A stretch of 24,311 nucleotides of DNA. Source: a virus. Taxonomy: Duplodnaviria > Caudoviricetes. Each line of letters starts with the position of its first letter. Position 1 is the first letter of the stretch. The stretch spans positions 1 through 24,311 of the IMG/VR virus record IMGVR_UViG_3300046011_009116. The stretch is one strand, 5' to 3'. The notes under the pieces were generated by a model. The model worked only from the letters and a program-made list of their open reading frames with translations, was not told the origin of the DNA and ran no database searches. Position numbers and translations under genes: made by a program. This document shows positions 1-7,979 of this stretch, one piece after another.

Positions 1-388
1 GGCCTGGATGCTTTTTGCCACCCATTTCGTCCTTGCCAAGGCGACCAGCAATCACATCACCTCTTGTGATTTTGTCGTAGGGTTTGGCATTGTTGGCCAG
101 ATTGCCATCATTGCCTTCTTCGCTCAATGCGCCTCTGATGTCACCTTTGGCCAATTTCTTTAGTGGACCGCCAATGTCTTTGGCAATCTTTTGACCAACA
201 GTCTTTGGTTCAGCACGACGTGTTGACAAGTTCTTTTCGGCTTGATCAGCACGTTGTTGTATGCCCATTGAGCGAACCTTTGCATCCATTTCTAATTCTT
301 GCGGATGTGGTTTTCTGTCTTCGTTGAGCTGCTGTGGATTATCAGAAATTGCAGCTAGTTTTTTGTTGAGATCGTAAAAAAATGACAT
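1..388 (-). CDS. Hypothetical charged protein, probable internal head/prohead-core protein; 3' end runs off the left edge
   Basis: Not in the ORF track; translated by hand. ATG at 388, 1 nt after the TAA of the 390..998 gene. Reads MSFFYDLNKKLAAISDNPQQLNEDRKPH...GALSEEGNDGNLANNAKPYDKITRGDVIAGRLGKDEMGGKKHPG with no stop for 129 codons. Hydrophilic, with L-x-E motifs. Confidence 0.7.
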   Translation of the reverse strand, partial: MSFFYDLNKKLAAISDNPQQLNEDRKPHPQELEMDAKVRSMGIQQRADQAEKNLSTRRAEPKTVGQKIAKDIGGPLKKLAKGDIRGALSEEGNDGNLANNAKPYDKITRGDVIAGRLGKDEMGGKKHPG

Positions 389-389
389 G

Positions 390-998
390 TTATCCTCTTG
401 GGTTAGCGCCAGTGGCAGGCTTGGGTGGTCGTTTGATTGTGGTCATGGGACTCTTGGTACCCAGTGGCAAATCATTTGTGGTCTTGGCTGGCGGTGTCTT
501 TCCACCTGCCACAGTGAAGTCACTGCGATAGGCATTTTTCAACACAGCATGGTCATAGGGTCCGGTTGCATAATCTTTCTTGAGTGCTCGCTGTTCGCTG
601 TCTGGGGCAGGATATTCTGTATCCTTCAAGAGATCTTTGTTTTCATCGTCAATCTTGTCTGACTCGTCGCGCAGACTATCTTCGTAACCAACAGTGTTCA
701 TCACGATGCGATTGGGATCAAAGCCCATGATCTGAGCAATCTGTTTGATCTGGGGTTCAATGGCAGGATATCTAAACTCCACATCAACGATGCTCATGCT
801 TTCGTTGGGGAAAGCTGGAAAGTCTGGATTGACTTTTCGCACTGGTGTGGTCTTGGCATCTGACATTTTGATCACGTCAAACTGCGCCAACTTTTCTTTT
901 AGTTCACGTACAAATCCAGCAGGTACATCACCTACCATTTTGATACGATAACTGTAAGTACGTTCAGATTCAGCAAGGTATTTGGCAAATGTTTTCAT
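390..998 (-). CDS. Hypothetical 202-aa virion protein with a T4 internal-protein-like N-terminus
   Basis: SD-like AGGA and a TAAATA box upstream. N-terminus MKTFAKYLAE resembles the T4 capsid targeting sequence. Pro/Lys/Thr-rich C-terminal tail. Confidence 0.7.
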   Translation of the reverse strand: MKTFAKYLAESERTYSYRIKMVGDVPAGFVRELKEKLAQFDVIKMSDAKTTPVRKVNPDFPAFPNESMSIVDVEFRYPAIEPQIKQIAQIMGFDPNRIVMNTVGYEDSLRDESDKIDDENKDLLKDTEYPAPDSEQRALKKDYATGPYDHAVLKNAYRSDFTVAGGKTPPAKTTNDLPLGTKSPMTTIKRPPKPATGANPRG

Positions 999-1015
999 AT
1001 CAGTGTCCTATTCCT

Positions 1016-1021
1016 TATTTA
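1016..1021 (-). promoter_or_regulatory. T4-late-like promoter box (A)TAAATA, overlapping the upstream gene's TAA stop
   Basis: Minus strand reads gaaTAAATAaggaataggacactgatATG. Confidence 0.55.
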
Positions 1022-1519
1022 TTCTTTTTCAGCTTTTTGATCTTTACGGCCCAGGATTCGCTCCAAGAGATCGTTGCGGCTCAACACCACGCCGTTGCCT
1101 TGCTGTACAGGCGATACTGCGCCAGCGTCGCCGCGAGCGGCCTGTTGATCCAAACGCATTTTCTTCAACTGGAGATCAATCATCTTGAGTTTTTTGTCTA
1201 GCTTGGCTGTCTTGGCTGTGATGGCATGCCCCAGCATGTTGCTGGCCACACCAAATATCTCGCTGGCAAACCTTGAATCCACCTGCATGCCCAGATCCAT
1301 GAGATCTTTGTAGCTGGCTTCAGCCATGATGGCCAAATTATCCATTTCTTGATCTGTGGCCTCTAGCCCGCGCACGCCAGGCAGCGCAGCATCAATCTTG
1401 TCAATGGTGGCATCAATTTCCTTCAGAGTCACACGGTTTTCTGCCAAGTCGGGTATGGCAGCATCAATTTCTTCAGGGCTGGGAGGTAAGTCAAACAACT
1501 GTTCAAGTTTACGGGTCAT
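1019..1519 (-). CDS. Probable terminase small subunit (T4 gp16-like helical protein)
   Basis: 166 aa, about the size of gp16. Predicted two long helices (DQEMDNLA...DLMDLG; SEIFGVASNML...KLKMIDLQLKK) and a C-terminal VVLSRNDLL segment, as in gp16-like proteins. Late box upstream. The resemblance is weak and judged by eye. Confidence 0.45.
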   Translation of the reverse strand: MTRKLEQLFDLPPSPEEIDAAIPDLAENRVTLKEIDATIDKIDAALPGVRGLEATDQEMDNLAIMAEASYKDLMDLGMQVDSRFASEIFGVASNMLGHAITAKTAKLDKKLKMIDLQLKKMRLDQQAARGDAGAVSPVQQGNGVVLSRNDLLERILGRKDQKAEKE

Positions 1520-1523
1520 GCCG

Positions 1524-1529
1524 TATTTA
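1524..1529 (-). promoter_or_regulatory. T4-late-like promoter box TAAATA, 4 nt upstream of ATG, inside a GCCG/CGGC inverted repeat
   Basis: Minus strand reads TAG(stop)-ccgcTAAATAcggcATG; no SD. Confidence 0.55.
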
Positions 1530-1533
1530 GCGG

Positions 1534-1965
1534 CTATTTGCGCCCGTTTCTAAACATGTCGTCTTCGGTGATGACTCTAAAATGTAGGCCTTGACTGCGG
1601 CACCACTTGGTAGCAGCGTCCCATTTGGCATAGTTCACGGCCACTGCGGCACGATCACGCACACTCTGTTTGCTTTCAATCACACTTTGTTTTTTGGGTT
1701 TGATTTCTATCACTTCGGCTCGCACAGTGTTGTCTTTGTTGCGATACATGATGAGAAAGTCAGGCACGTAGATGGTCTGTTTGCCAGTGAGTGGATTGCG
1801 ATAGGGAATGTGTATGCTCTCGCTGGCCCACTGCAACACATGGTCATTGAGATCGCAAAATCTCATGAAGCTGAATTCCCAGCCCGAACGGTAACGTGGA
1901 GTGTTCTTACCTACGTATTTGTTGGGGTTGACAATTTGATAGCTGCCCTGTGCCCACTTGCTCAT
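1534..1965 (-). CDS. gp4: Head completion nuclease, T4 gp4-like (TnsA-N / PD-(D/E)xK fold)
   Basis: Motifs NPNKYVG, YRSGWE, WASE-x-IPY, YVPDF, IEIKP, N-x-AKW-x-AA, F-x-VITE. ATGA overlap with the upstream gene. Confidence 0.9.
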   Translation of the reverse strand: MSKWAQGSYQIVNPNKYVGKNTPRYRSGWEFSFMRFCDLNDHVLQWASESIHIPYRNPLTGKQTIYVPDFLIMYRNKDNTVRAEVIEIKPKKQSVIESKQSVRDRAAVAVNYAKWDAATKWCRSQGLHFRVITEDDMFRNGRK

Positions 1966-2324
1966 TGCAGTACCAATTGCTGTGCGTAGAAGTTAGGCTG
2001 CACTGCAACTTGTACGCCCAACAAGGTGGCACGATTTCTGATGAGATTGAGATAGTACGCTAGGTTAGCAGTGAGATTGATGCCAGTGCCGTTGTTTTCA
2101 AACTCTTGCAGCAACACCAAGGGTGCAATGCGAGTGTCCTTGGCCACCTGAAACAGACTCACTGTGAAATTGCCGGCAGTGATGTCATTGTCAATCTGGC
2201 TTCTAAAATAACTGTATACTAGATCATATTCATTGGCTGGAATTGACAGTTCGTTACGATAGAACGTGTCAAACACTCTCACGGTTTGATCAATGTTGCG
2301 GTTGATTTCGTTGATACTTGCCAT
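1962..2324 (-). CDS. Hypothetical 120-aa protein in the tail operon
   Basis: Fills the gap between the 376-aa gene and gp4, with a 5-nt spacer upstream and an ATGA overlap downstream. No recognisable motif. Confidence 0.7.
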   Translation of the reverse strand: MASINEINRNIDQTVRVFDTFYRNELSIPANEYDLVYSYFRSQIDNDITAGNFTVSLFQVAKDTRIAPLVLLQEFENNGTGINLTANLAYYLNLIRNRATLLGVQVAVQPNFYAQQLVLQ

Positions 2325-2329
2325 GTCTA

Positions 2330-3460
2330 TCAGTTGGTTGGCGGATTGGTGGCTGTGGGGAATACCCGACCACCGTTGTTTCTAATGCCTTGCGACACTG
2401 CTTGTGTGCCCAAGCCCAAACTTTCACTGGTAGCAATGCTGGCCAAATCAGCACCTTTGAAAGTGTTGTAAGTGGTGCCGGCCTTGAGCGCAGCACCAAT
2501 CAAGCCAGCCGGACCACCCTGCTGTAGATCTTCCAAGATACCGCCACCAGCATCCAACAAACCGCCTTGACCAAAAACGTTGCGTTGTGCGCCTGGTGTG
2601 GCCAATGGACTCAGTGTGGTGTCGTAGTGCGCGGGATCTGCGAAACCCTGTACATTGATACTGGGACGACTGGTGCCCACTACTGTGTTGTAGTATTTCA
2701 CTGTCTCATAGGCAATGGTCATGGTGTTTTGCATGGTACCACTGCTTTCGTAATAATTGTATGTGTCATGCCCAAATCGTGTGATTATGGGATTTATCAA
2801 GATATATGTGGCTGCTTTTTTTTGATCCAACCCATAAATTCTTATGTCTTTGAAAAACGGAGGTTTGCCTGATCCGCCTGGAGTCTGGCCATCGTTGAAC
2901 GCTTCGCCAATGAAACCCCAATCATAGTTGGTCTGTGTGTGGTCGTATAGATTGCGCGGCCAATTGCCTGACCCTCTTACCTGCACCTGATTGTTGCCTG
3001 GACTGCCGTTTATAGCCGGAGCGTTGGTATAGGGCTGCGTTGCGTCTTTGTAGTAGTATGAGTAATAATTGTACCACAGCAATCTACTGTTGTCGCCAGC
3101 GTCGTCGTGAAAAGTTATGGATATTGGTTCGTATTGAATCTGTGTCTGCACCAGTCTTTTGCGGTTGTACTGATTCAGTGTTTCGTGTTTGATATTGTAC
3201 TGAGGCAGTGTGATTGATTTGACAATATAACTTAGATTGTAAATGTCACGTGTGGCAAATATACTGTTGAGTGCAGGAATTTCTGTGTTGATGGTAAAAC
3301 TCACATGATACAAAAATTTGTATCTGGGCTTTAATTCAAATCCGTTGGTGGTAAAGGTCTTACTTGCGTGAGTATAATCGCGCAAGTAAGACGTTCCAAA
3401 TAAGCCTTGTGTTATTCCTTCGCCAAGGCCTTGAAAAGGATTTTGGCCAAAAAAAGGCAC
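2330..3460 (-). CDS. Tail tube-like protein, probable baseplate-tube initiator (gp54/gp48-like)
   Basis: GTG start 3 nt after the tube gene's stop. Tube-fold pattern PRYKFLYHVSF...VKSITLP...YEPISITFHDD...LINPIITRF...MTIAYE parallels the adjacent tube protein. Gly-rich C-terminus. Confidence 0.65.
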   Translation of the reverse strand: MPFFGQNPFQGLGEGITQGLFGTSYLRDYTHASKTFTTNGFELKPRYKFLYHVSFTINTEIPALNSIFATRDIYNLSYIVKSITLPQYNIKHETLNQYNRKRLVQTQIQYEPISITFHDDAGDNSRLLWYNYYSYYYKDATQPYTNAPAINGSPGNNQVQVRGSGNWPRNLYDHTQTNYDWGFIGEAFNDGQTPGGSGKPPFFKDIRIYGLDQKKAATYILINPIITRFGHDTYNYYESSGTMQNTMTIAYETVKYYNTVVGTSRPSINVQGFADPAHYDTTLSPLATPGAQRNVFGQGGLLDAGGGILEDLQQGGPAGLIGAALKAGTTYNTFKGADLASIATSESLGLGTQAVSQGIRNNGGRVFPTATNPPTN

Positions 3461-3463
3461 AGA

Positions 3464-4126
3464 TTAGACGCTGTTGGATGAAGCAACGCCAGTCACAACT
3501 GATCCAAGTGCTCGTCCAATATTTAGACCAATACCAACACCACTGGTCTGAAGAGCAGCCGCTTGGCTCTGTGCTGCGTTGTCGTAAGCAATGGATAATT
3601 CAATAGTCACTGCTTCGTTGCTGCCGTAGTTCATGTCACCGTAGTTGGCGCCCTTGAGATAGCAACCATACAGTTCCCATGCTTCTAATACCACAGGAGC
3701 TGCTGTGCCGTTGCCGCCGTCCAGGACTTCAATCACTGTTTTGAATTTGTAATCAATACCAGCAGCAGCCGAAGCCATTTCCAAGAAATCCATCTGCTTC
3801 TGAAGCTGTTGTCCCACCAACTTGGATACCGAAGCAGTGGCATCATCTCTGATGCTGCAGGTGATGTCTGCCCAGGTGGGCTTGCCTGCCAATTTCAAAG
3901 TGCTGTTGTAAATGGGCAGCGCAATCTCTTCAAAAGTGAGATTGGGTCTAGTGATATTGATCACTTGTTTGGTGAGTTCGCTTGTGGGCGAAGTTGTTCC
4001 AAAGTTTTCAAAAAACACTCTAAAGCGGTACTTTAGTTTGGGCATCAACAGGCCCTGGCTGCCGTTGCTTTGATCGCCCGCGGCTGCTATGGGTACTGTC
4101 ATTCTTTGTAATGATGAAACTGCCAT
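3464..4126 (-). CDS. gp19: Tail tube protein (T4 gp19-like)
   Basis: Directly downstream of the sheath gene, with strong SD AGGAG. Motifs PKLKYRFRV, RPNLTFEEI, AGKPTWADIT-x-x-IRDD, WELYGCY, IELSIAYD. Confidence 0.88.
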   Translation of the reverse strand: MAVSSLQRMTVPIAAAGDQSNGSQGLLMPKLKYRFRVFFENFGTTSPTSELTKQVINITRPNLTFEEIALPIYNSTLKLAGKPTWADITCSIRDDATASVSKLVGQQLQKQMDFLEMASAAAGIDYKFKTVIEVLDGGNGTAAPVVLEAWELYGCYLKGANYGDMNYGSNEAVTIELSIAYDNAAQSQAAALQTSGVGIGLNIGRALGSVVTGVASSNSV

Positions 4127-4144
4127 TTTGTTCTCCTATACTTT

Positions 4145-4150
4145 TATTTA
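4145..4150 (-). promoter_or_regulatory. T4-late-like promoter box (GG)TAAATA for the tail tube gene
   Basis: Minus strand reads ataggTAAATAaaagtatAGGAGaacaaaATG. Confidence 0.6.
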
Positions 4151-4155
4151 CCTAT

Positions 4156-4187
4156 AATGGTGACCAATTTTTTGGCCACCATTTTTT
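4156..4187. terminator. 12-bp stem-loop between sheath and tube genes (terminator or mRNA-stabilising hairpin)
   Basis: AATGGTGACCAA-TTTT-TTGGCCACCATT (4156-4183). One G.U pair in the - strand RNA. A T-run follows on the + strand. Confidence 0.55.
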
Positions 4188-4200
4188 AGGCTGTTCCTCA

Positions 4201-7200
4201 TCAATTACCTGCTGCTATTTCGCCTGTGTTCTTGATACGCAGCGGAATGTAAATGAATTCCACAGCTTTCACAGGCTCAATAGCTATGTCAACCCAAAGT
4301 TCGTTGCGATCAATTCTGGCCGGAGTGTTGTTGCTTTGATCGCACACCACCAGATAATCATACAAGGCTCGTTTGGCCACCAGGTCAATCATCAAGCTGT
4401 CAATCACGTTGGAAATCTCATTGCGTGTGAGCTCGTCATTGGGTTCAAACAAGAACTGCTTGCCAATTTCTTCCAGTCTACCACGCAAGAATGCCACCAA
4501 ACGTGCCACGTTGATTCTATCCAATGCTGTTGTAGCTGTAGCTGTGGTTTTGTTACCAAAGTTAACAATGCCCACACCCGGGATAAACGTGATTGGGTTG
4601 ATGTTGCGCTCATACAGGATGTCGCGCACAGCTTGGCTCACACCAATCTGCTGGAACTCACCAGTTGTAGCATCAATATAGCCAATGGCACTGGCATTGT
4701 CAACCACACCACGACGTGTACCAGCTGGTGCTAACCATGGGTAACTTACAGCATCGCTGCGCAGTATGGTTCTCACCATCATGTGGCTGGGCGGTGCTAC
4801 CACAGTGTTACCTGACAGATCATTGGTCTGACAGCTGGGATAGAACGCTGCGGCATAGTTGCTGACAGCATTGTTGCCATCTTCGGTCAGTAGACCCAGC
4901 CCATTGTTGTTGGTTGCCCACTCTACCAGGCTGTTGCCTGTGGAGTCTAGACGCATGGGTGTGTCTGCCACAACAAACAGAGTATTGTTGCGTTCATTGC
5001 TTAGTGCAATCATGTTCTGTGTCAATTCAGGATAGGCCGGTGTGGCTATCAAGTTGAATTGATTTTGTTCTTCTCTTGCAGCAATGCTGGTGTCAATACC
5101 TGCTTTCAAGGCCTCAACGATCAATTGACGTTGCGCTTGACGTCCACTCCACATGGCACCATTGTCTTTGTTGCCACTGGCCGTGAGCCAGGTAGTAGAC
5201 ACAGCTGGATAGGTCTGATCCGGAATCCAGCTTGGAATGTCTGGGAAGTTTTGCTCGTCAAGATAGGTTGTAAACTCTTTGACGTTGTACCCGCTGCGGC
5301 GTGTGTTAAACAACAACATGCCCTGAGGATACAATGCTGGATCAGGTGCGTCAAGGTCAAGATAATCACTCACCAACAGGCTTTCAATTGTTGGGAATGG
5401 GTCAGCCACTGGATCTGTGTTTCCATTGGGTGCCCAACGAGCATCAGCAAACAAAATGCCATTGGATGTTACTTGATCAGTAGTGTCAATTTCTACCCAT
5501 TGCTGCACACTGTCAACACTTTCCCAACGATAAAGCTTGGGATAGTTTTCCAAATCACTGGTATCAACCCAGAGATCACCCAACTGTAACGGACTTTCAG
5601 CTGCGTCGTTCTGTGTCAGCGGAGCGGATGCACTGATAATTGGTCCACTGGCATTGGTCAGGCTTAGATCGTATCCACGTACATCATTGGTGACATTTTG
5701 GTATCCTTGCCAAGTCCCGTTGTCTTGGATCATGATATCAACATCGCTCACTGTGCTGTAATACCACAAGCGACCGTTGTCAGGATCTTGATCAGGGGCA
5801 GTCAAGCTAGCAGTGTACTCAAACAGAGGTGTTGTCACAAAGTTACTGAGAATATAAACAGCCACACCGTTGCTGACTGCGTCGCGTACTTTGGGGGTGT
5901 TGGCATCAAAACCAGCTGCCTCCACTGCTGATGTTTGTTCAAGAGCAATGGTACCGCCTGCTGAATGTATAAACACCAAGTTACCTGCTGAATTCAATGT
6001 GCATGACACATTGGCAACATTGGCTGCACTAACACCAGAAATAAATTGCGATACTCCCACAGGTCCAGATCCACCAATGGTCACTGTGGCAGTATTGGCG
6101 TCAGTGGTGCCTGGAATGGTAGCTGTGAGTGTGAATGTGTCGCCACCAGTGAATGGTGTACCAGAACTCACCACTGTGGTTCCTGTGACTTCTGTGGCGC
6201 CGCTGGCAAAACGTTCGTACACTGTGTATTCAAAAGTGGTCAGCGGAACCAAAGCCGGAGATGCGATACCAGTTAGAGCAATGTAAGTTGTACCTGCTGG
6301 GATGTTGCGACCGCCACCCGAAGGATCAAGTCCAAACAGAGCCGTGCCATCATCTATATATTCTGGGCAAGGTTGTGCCACAAATGTAGCCAATGCAGAA
6401 TCATACTTCTTGATACTGACATTCATGCCATTGTTGGCAGCACTGACGTTTTGCCAAACAGACCCAGTGGGGCGGCCACCTTGAACATCTGTGGTTCTCC
6501 AGCGTGGGGCTTGATAGCTATAGGCCGACAGGTATTCTGGTGCAGGATAAGCGTTGGTAGAAATTCCCAGGGCTGTGAGCAATGCAGCTCCACTGTTGGG
6601 ACCTTGTTCAATTTCAATAAAACCATTGTTGGTCAATGTACTGCCATCGCTGCCAGCTGTACTGTCAGCAAAAATATACAGCTTGCCGCTGATTTCTGCT
6701 GCTGTGACACCTGTGATAGCAGCACTGTTGATGTTGTTGGCTAGGCCTGCAATGTTGTTGTCAGGTGCTGTAGGCACTGCTACCAGACTGCCATTGATGT
6801 AAAGGTTGGCGTTGGCTGTGAGTGTGGTTGGTGCATTTTCGCTGACCACTGTGGCCCAGCTTGATTTCCACTCATCGCTGCCGATCAATACCCAGGTGTT
6901 TTCATAGTTTTTGTAGTAACCAAAAATCAATGCATCTGAATCGGTCATGGTCACAGCATAATCACCAATGCTGCCCACTGTGGTCAGCGGAGTATTCTGT
7001 TCGGCCGCTGTGCCGCCGGTACCTGTTACATCAGCACCATCAGTTATGATCAAAGGTACTTTGTTGGTAAATGTATTGGTGGTTTGATTCCACTCAAAAA
7101 TACCCCAGGTAGTGGCGGTGGTGTCAAACCAGTATGTGCCATCATTGGGCTCGCCACGTGGACGACTCAAGCTGGCCGTGAGCTCAGTGAGATCAATGTT

Positions 7201-7536
7201 CGCACGTTGCACATAAGCACGATTGGTAACTCCCAACGCACTGTACGCTGCCAACAAACCATACTCATTGAGTTCATATCCATTGATGGGAGTGCCTGCT
7301 GTGGTGTTGTAGAAAAATGGTACACCAAAGGTGGCAGCTAGATCTCGTTGGCTTGTGATCAAATAAGTTTTGTTTGCGTTGACAGCCAATGTACCAGCAG
7401 CAACAGTGATGCCATCAGCACTGACTTTGTCTTGGGCTGTGGCAACCAAGAAATAAGGGACTGTGTTTACGGCTGAGGGAATGTATTGACTCTCGTCAAT
7501 TACTGTTACCTCTACGCCAGGCGATATTAAGGCCAT
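4201..7536 (-). CDS. gp18: Contractile tail sheath protein (T4 gp18-like), 1111 aa with a large central insertion
   Basis: N-terminal SPGVEVTVIDES. C-terminal sheath motifs PWLAPAGTRRG, RDILYERNINPI, GNKT, ALDRINVARL, FEPND, VCDQSNNTPARIDRNEL-x-VDIAIEPVKAVEFIYI. Confidence 0.96.
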   Translation of the reverse strand: MALISPGVEVTVIDESQYIPSAVNTVPYFLVATAQDKVSADGITVAAGTLAVNANKTYLITSQRDLAATFGVPFFYNTTAGTPINGYELNEYGLLAAYSALGVTNRAYVQRANIDLTELTASLSRPRGEPNDGTYWFDTTATTWGIFEWNQTTNTFTNKVPLIITDGADVTGTGGTAAEQNTPLTTVGSIGDYAVTMTDSDALIFGYYKNYENTWVLIGSDEWKSSWATVVSENAPTTLTANANLYINGSLVAVPTAPDNNIAGLANNINSAAITGVTAAEISGKLYIFADSTAGSDGSTLTNNGFIEIEQGPNSGAALLTALGISTNAYPAPEYLSAYSYQAPRWRTTDVQGGRPTGSVWQNVSAANNGMNVSIKKYDSALATFVAQPCPEYIDDGTALFGLDPSGGGRNIPAGTTYIALTGIASPALVPLTTFEYTVYERFASGATEVTGTTVVSSGTPFTGGDTFTLTATIPGTTDANTATVTIGGSGPVGVSQFISGVSAANVANVSCTLNSAGNLVFIHSAGGTIALEQTSAVEAAGFDANTPKVRDAVSNGVAVYILSNFVTTPLFEYTASLTAPDQDPDNGRLWYYSTVSDVDIMIQDNGTWQGYQNVTNDVRGYDLSLTNASGPIISASAPLTQNDAAESPLQLGDLWVDTSDLENYPKLYRWESVDSVQQWVEIDTTDQVTSNGILFADARWAPNGNTDPVADPFPTIESLLVSDYLDLDAPDPALYPQGMLLFNTRRSGYNVKEFTTYLDEQNFPDIPSWIPDQTYPAVSTTWLTASGNKDNGAMWSGRQAQRQLIVEALKAGIDTSIAAREEQNQFNLIATPAYPELTQNMIALSNERNNTLFVVADTPMRLDSTGNSLVEWATNNNGLGLLTEDGNNAVSNYAAAFYPSCQTNDLSGNTVVAPPSHMMVRTILRSDAVSYPWLAPAGTRRGVVDNASAIGYIDATTGEFQQIGVSQAVRDILYERNINPITFIPGVGIVNFGNKTTATATTALDRINVARLVAFLRGRLEEIGKQFLFEPNDELTRNEISNVIDSLMIDLVAKRALYDYLVVCDQSNNTPARIDRNELWVDIAIEPVKAVEFIYIPLRIKNTGEIAAGN

Positions 7537-7561
7537 AGTGATTTCCTTTGCAAGTTATCTA

Positions 7562-7567
7562 TATTTA
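7562..7567 (-). promoter_or_regulatory. T4-late-like promoter box (A)TAAATA for the sheath operon
   Basis: Minus strand reads caaTAAATAtagataacttgcaAAGGAaatcactATG. Confidence 0.6.
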
Positions 7568-7619
7568 TTGAGTTGGGTCAAAAAACCTGCTCTAGCCAAC
7601 CCTTTGGCAAAGGTTCTAC

Positions 7620-7627
7620 TATAAATA
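7620..7627 (+). promoter_or_regulatory. Perfect T4 late promoter consensus TATAAATA, 4 nt upstream of ATG
   Basis: ctacTATAAATAtggcATG; no SD. Confidence 0.65.
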
Positions 7628-7631
7628 TGGC

Positions 7632-7979
7632 ATGAAACGTCCTGTCTGTCAGGCCTGTACCCAAAGACCCTGTGCAATCAACTATTATCGCGACGGGGTC
7701 GCGCACTATCGCACCAGGTGCGAAAGTTGTTTGAGGAAAAATCGCGGACTCAAAAAACGATCTCCGCTGTGGGAATCAGCAGGTTACAAGAAAAAATTGA
7801 TATGTGATCGCTGCGGGTTCAAGGCCAAATACAGCGCTCAAATCATGGTGTATCACATGGACGGCAAGCTTTCAAACTGCGACATAAAAAATCTTCGCAG
7901 CATTTGTCAAAACTGCGCTGTGGAAGTGGTCAGGAGTGACTTGCCGTGGCGTCGCGGTGATCTTGAACCAGATCTGTGA
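7632..7979 (+). CDS. Cys-rich Zn-binding HNH-like protein (115 aa)
   Basis: Four CxxC motifs (CQAC, CESC, CDRC, CQNC) and an HNH-like core VYHMDG-x3-N-x4-NL-x3-CQNC. Has its own late box. Confidence 0.7.
   Translation: MKRPVCQACTQRPCAINYYRDGVAHYRTRCESCLRKNRGLKKRSPLWESAGYKKKLICDRCGFKAKYSAQIMVYHMDGKLSNCDIKNLRSICQNCAVEVVRSDLPWRRGDLEPDL

Noticed and set aside
1534-1965. Tn7 TnsA transposase / mobile element
   Set aside because: Shares only the fold; motifs and context fit gp4, and there are no TnsB/TnsC genes or terminal repeats.
4111-7341. Multiple 60-207-aa ORFs antisense or out of frame within the sheath gene
   Set aside because: No motifs or initiation signals; expected shadow ORFs of a long codon-biased gene.
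3464-7536. Bacterial T6SS, eCIS or tailocin locus
   Set aside because: Head-related genes (gp4, gp13, gp14), dNMP kinase and T4-late boxes indicate a phage.
7553-7582. Possible sigma70 promoter (TTGACC-N18-TAACTT, - strand) upstream of the sheath
   Set aside because: Weak -10 and non-optimal spacer; the TAAATA box explains the region adequately.
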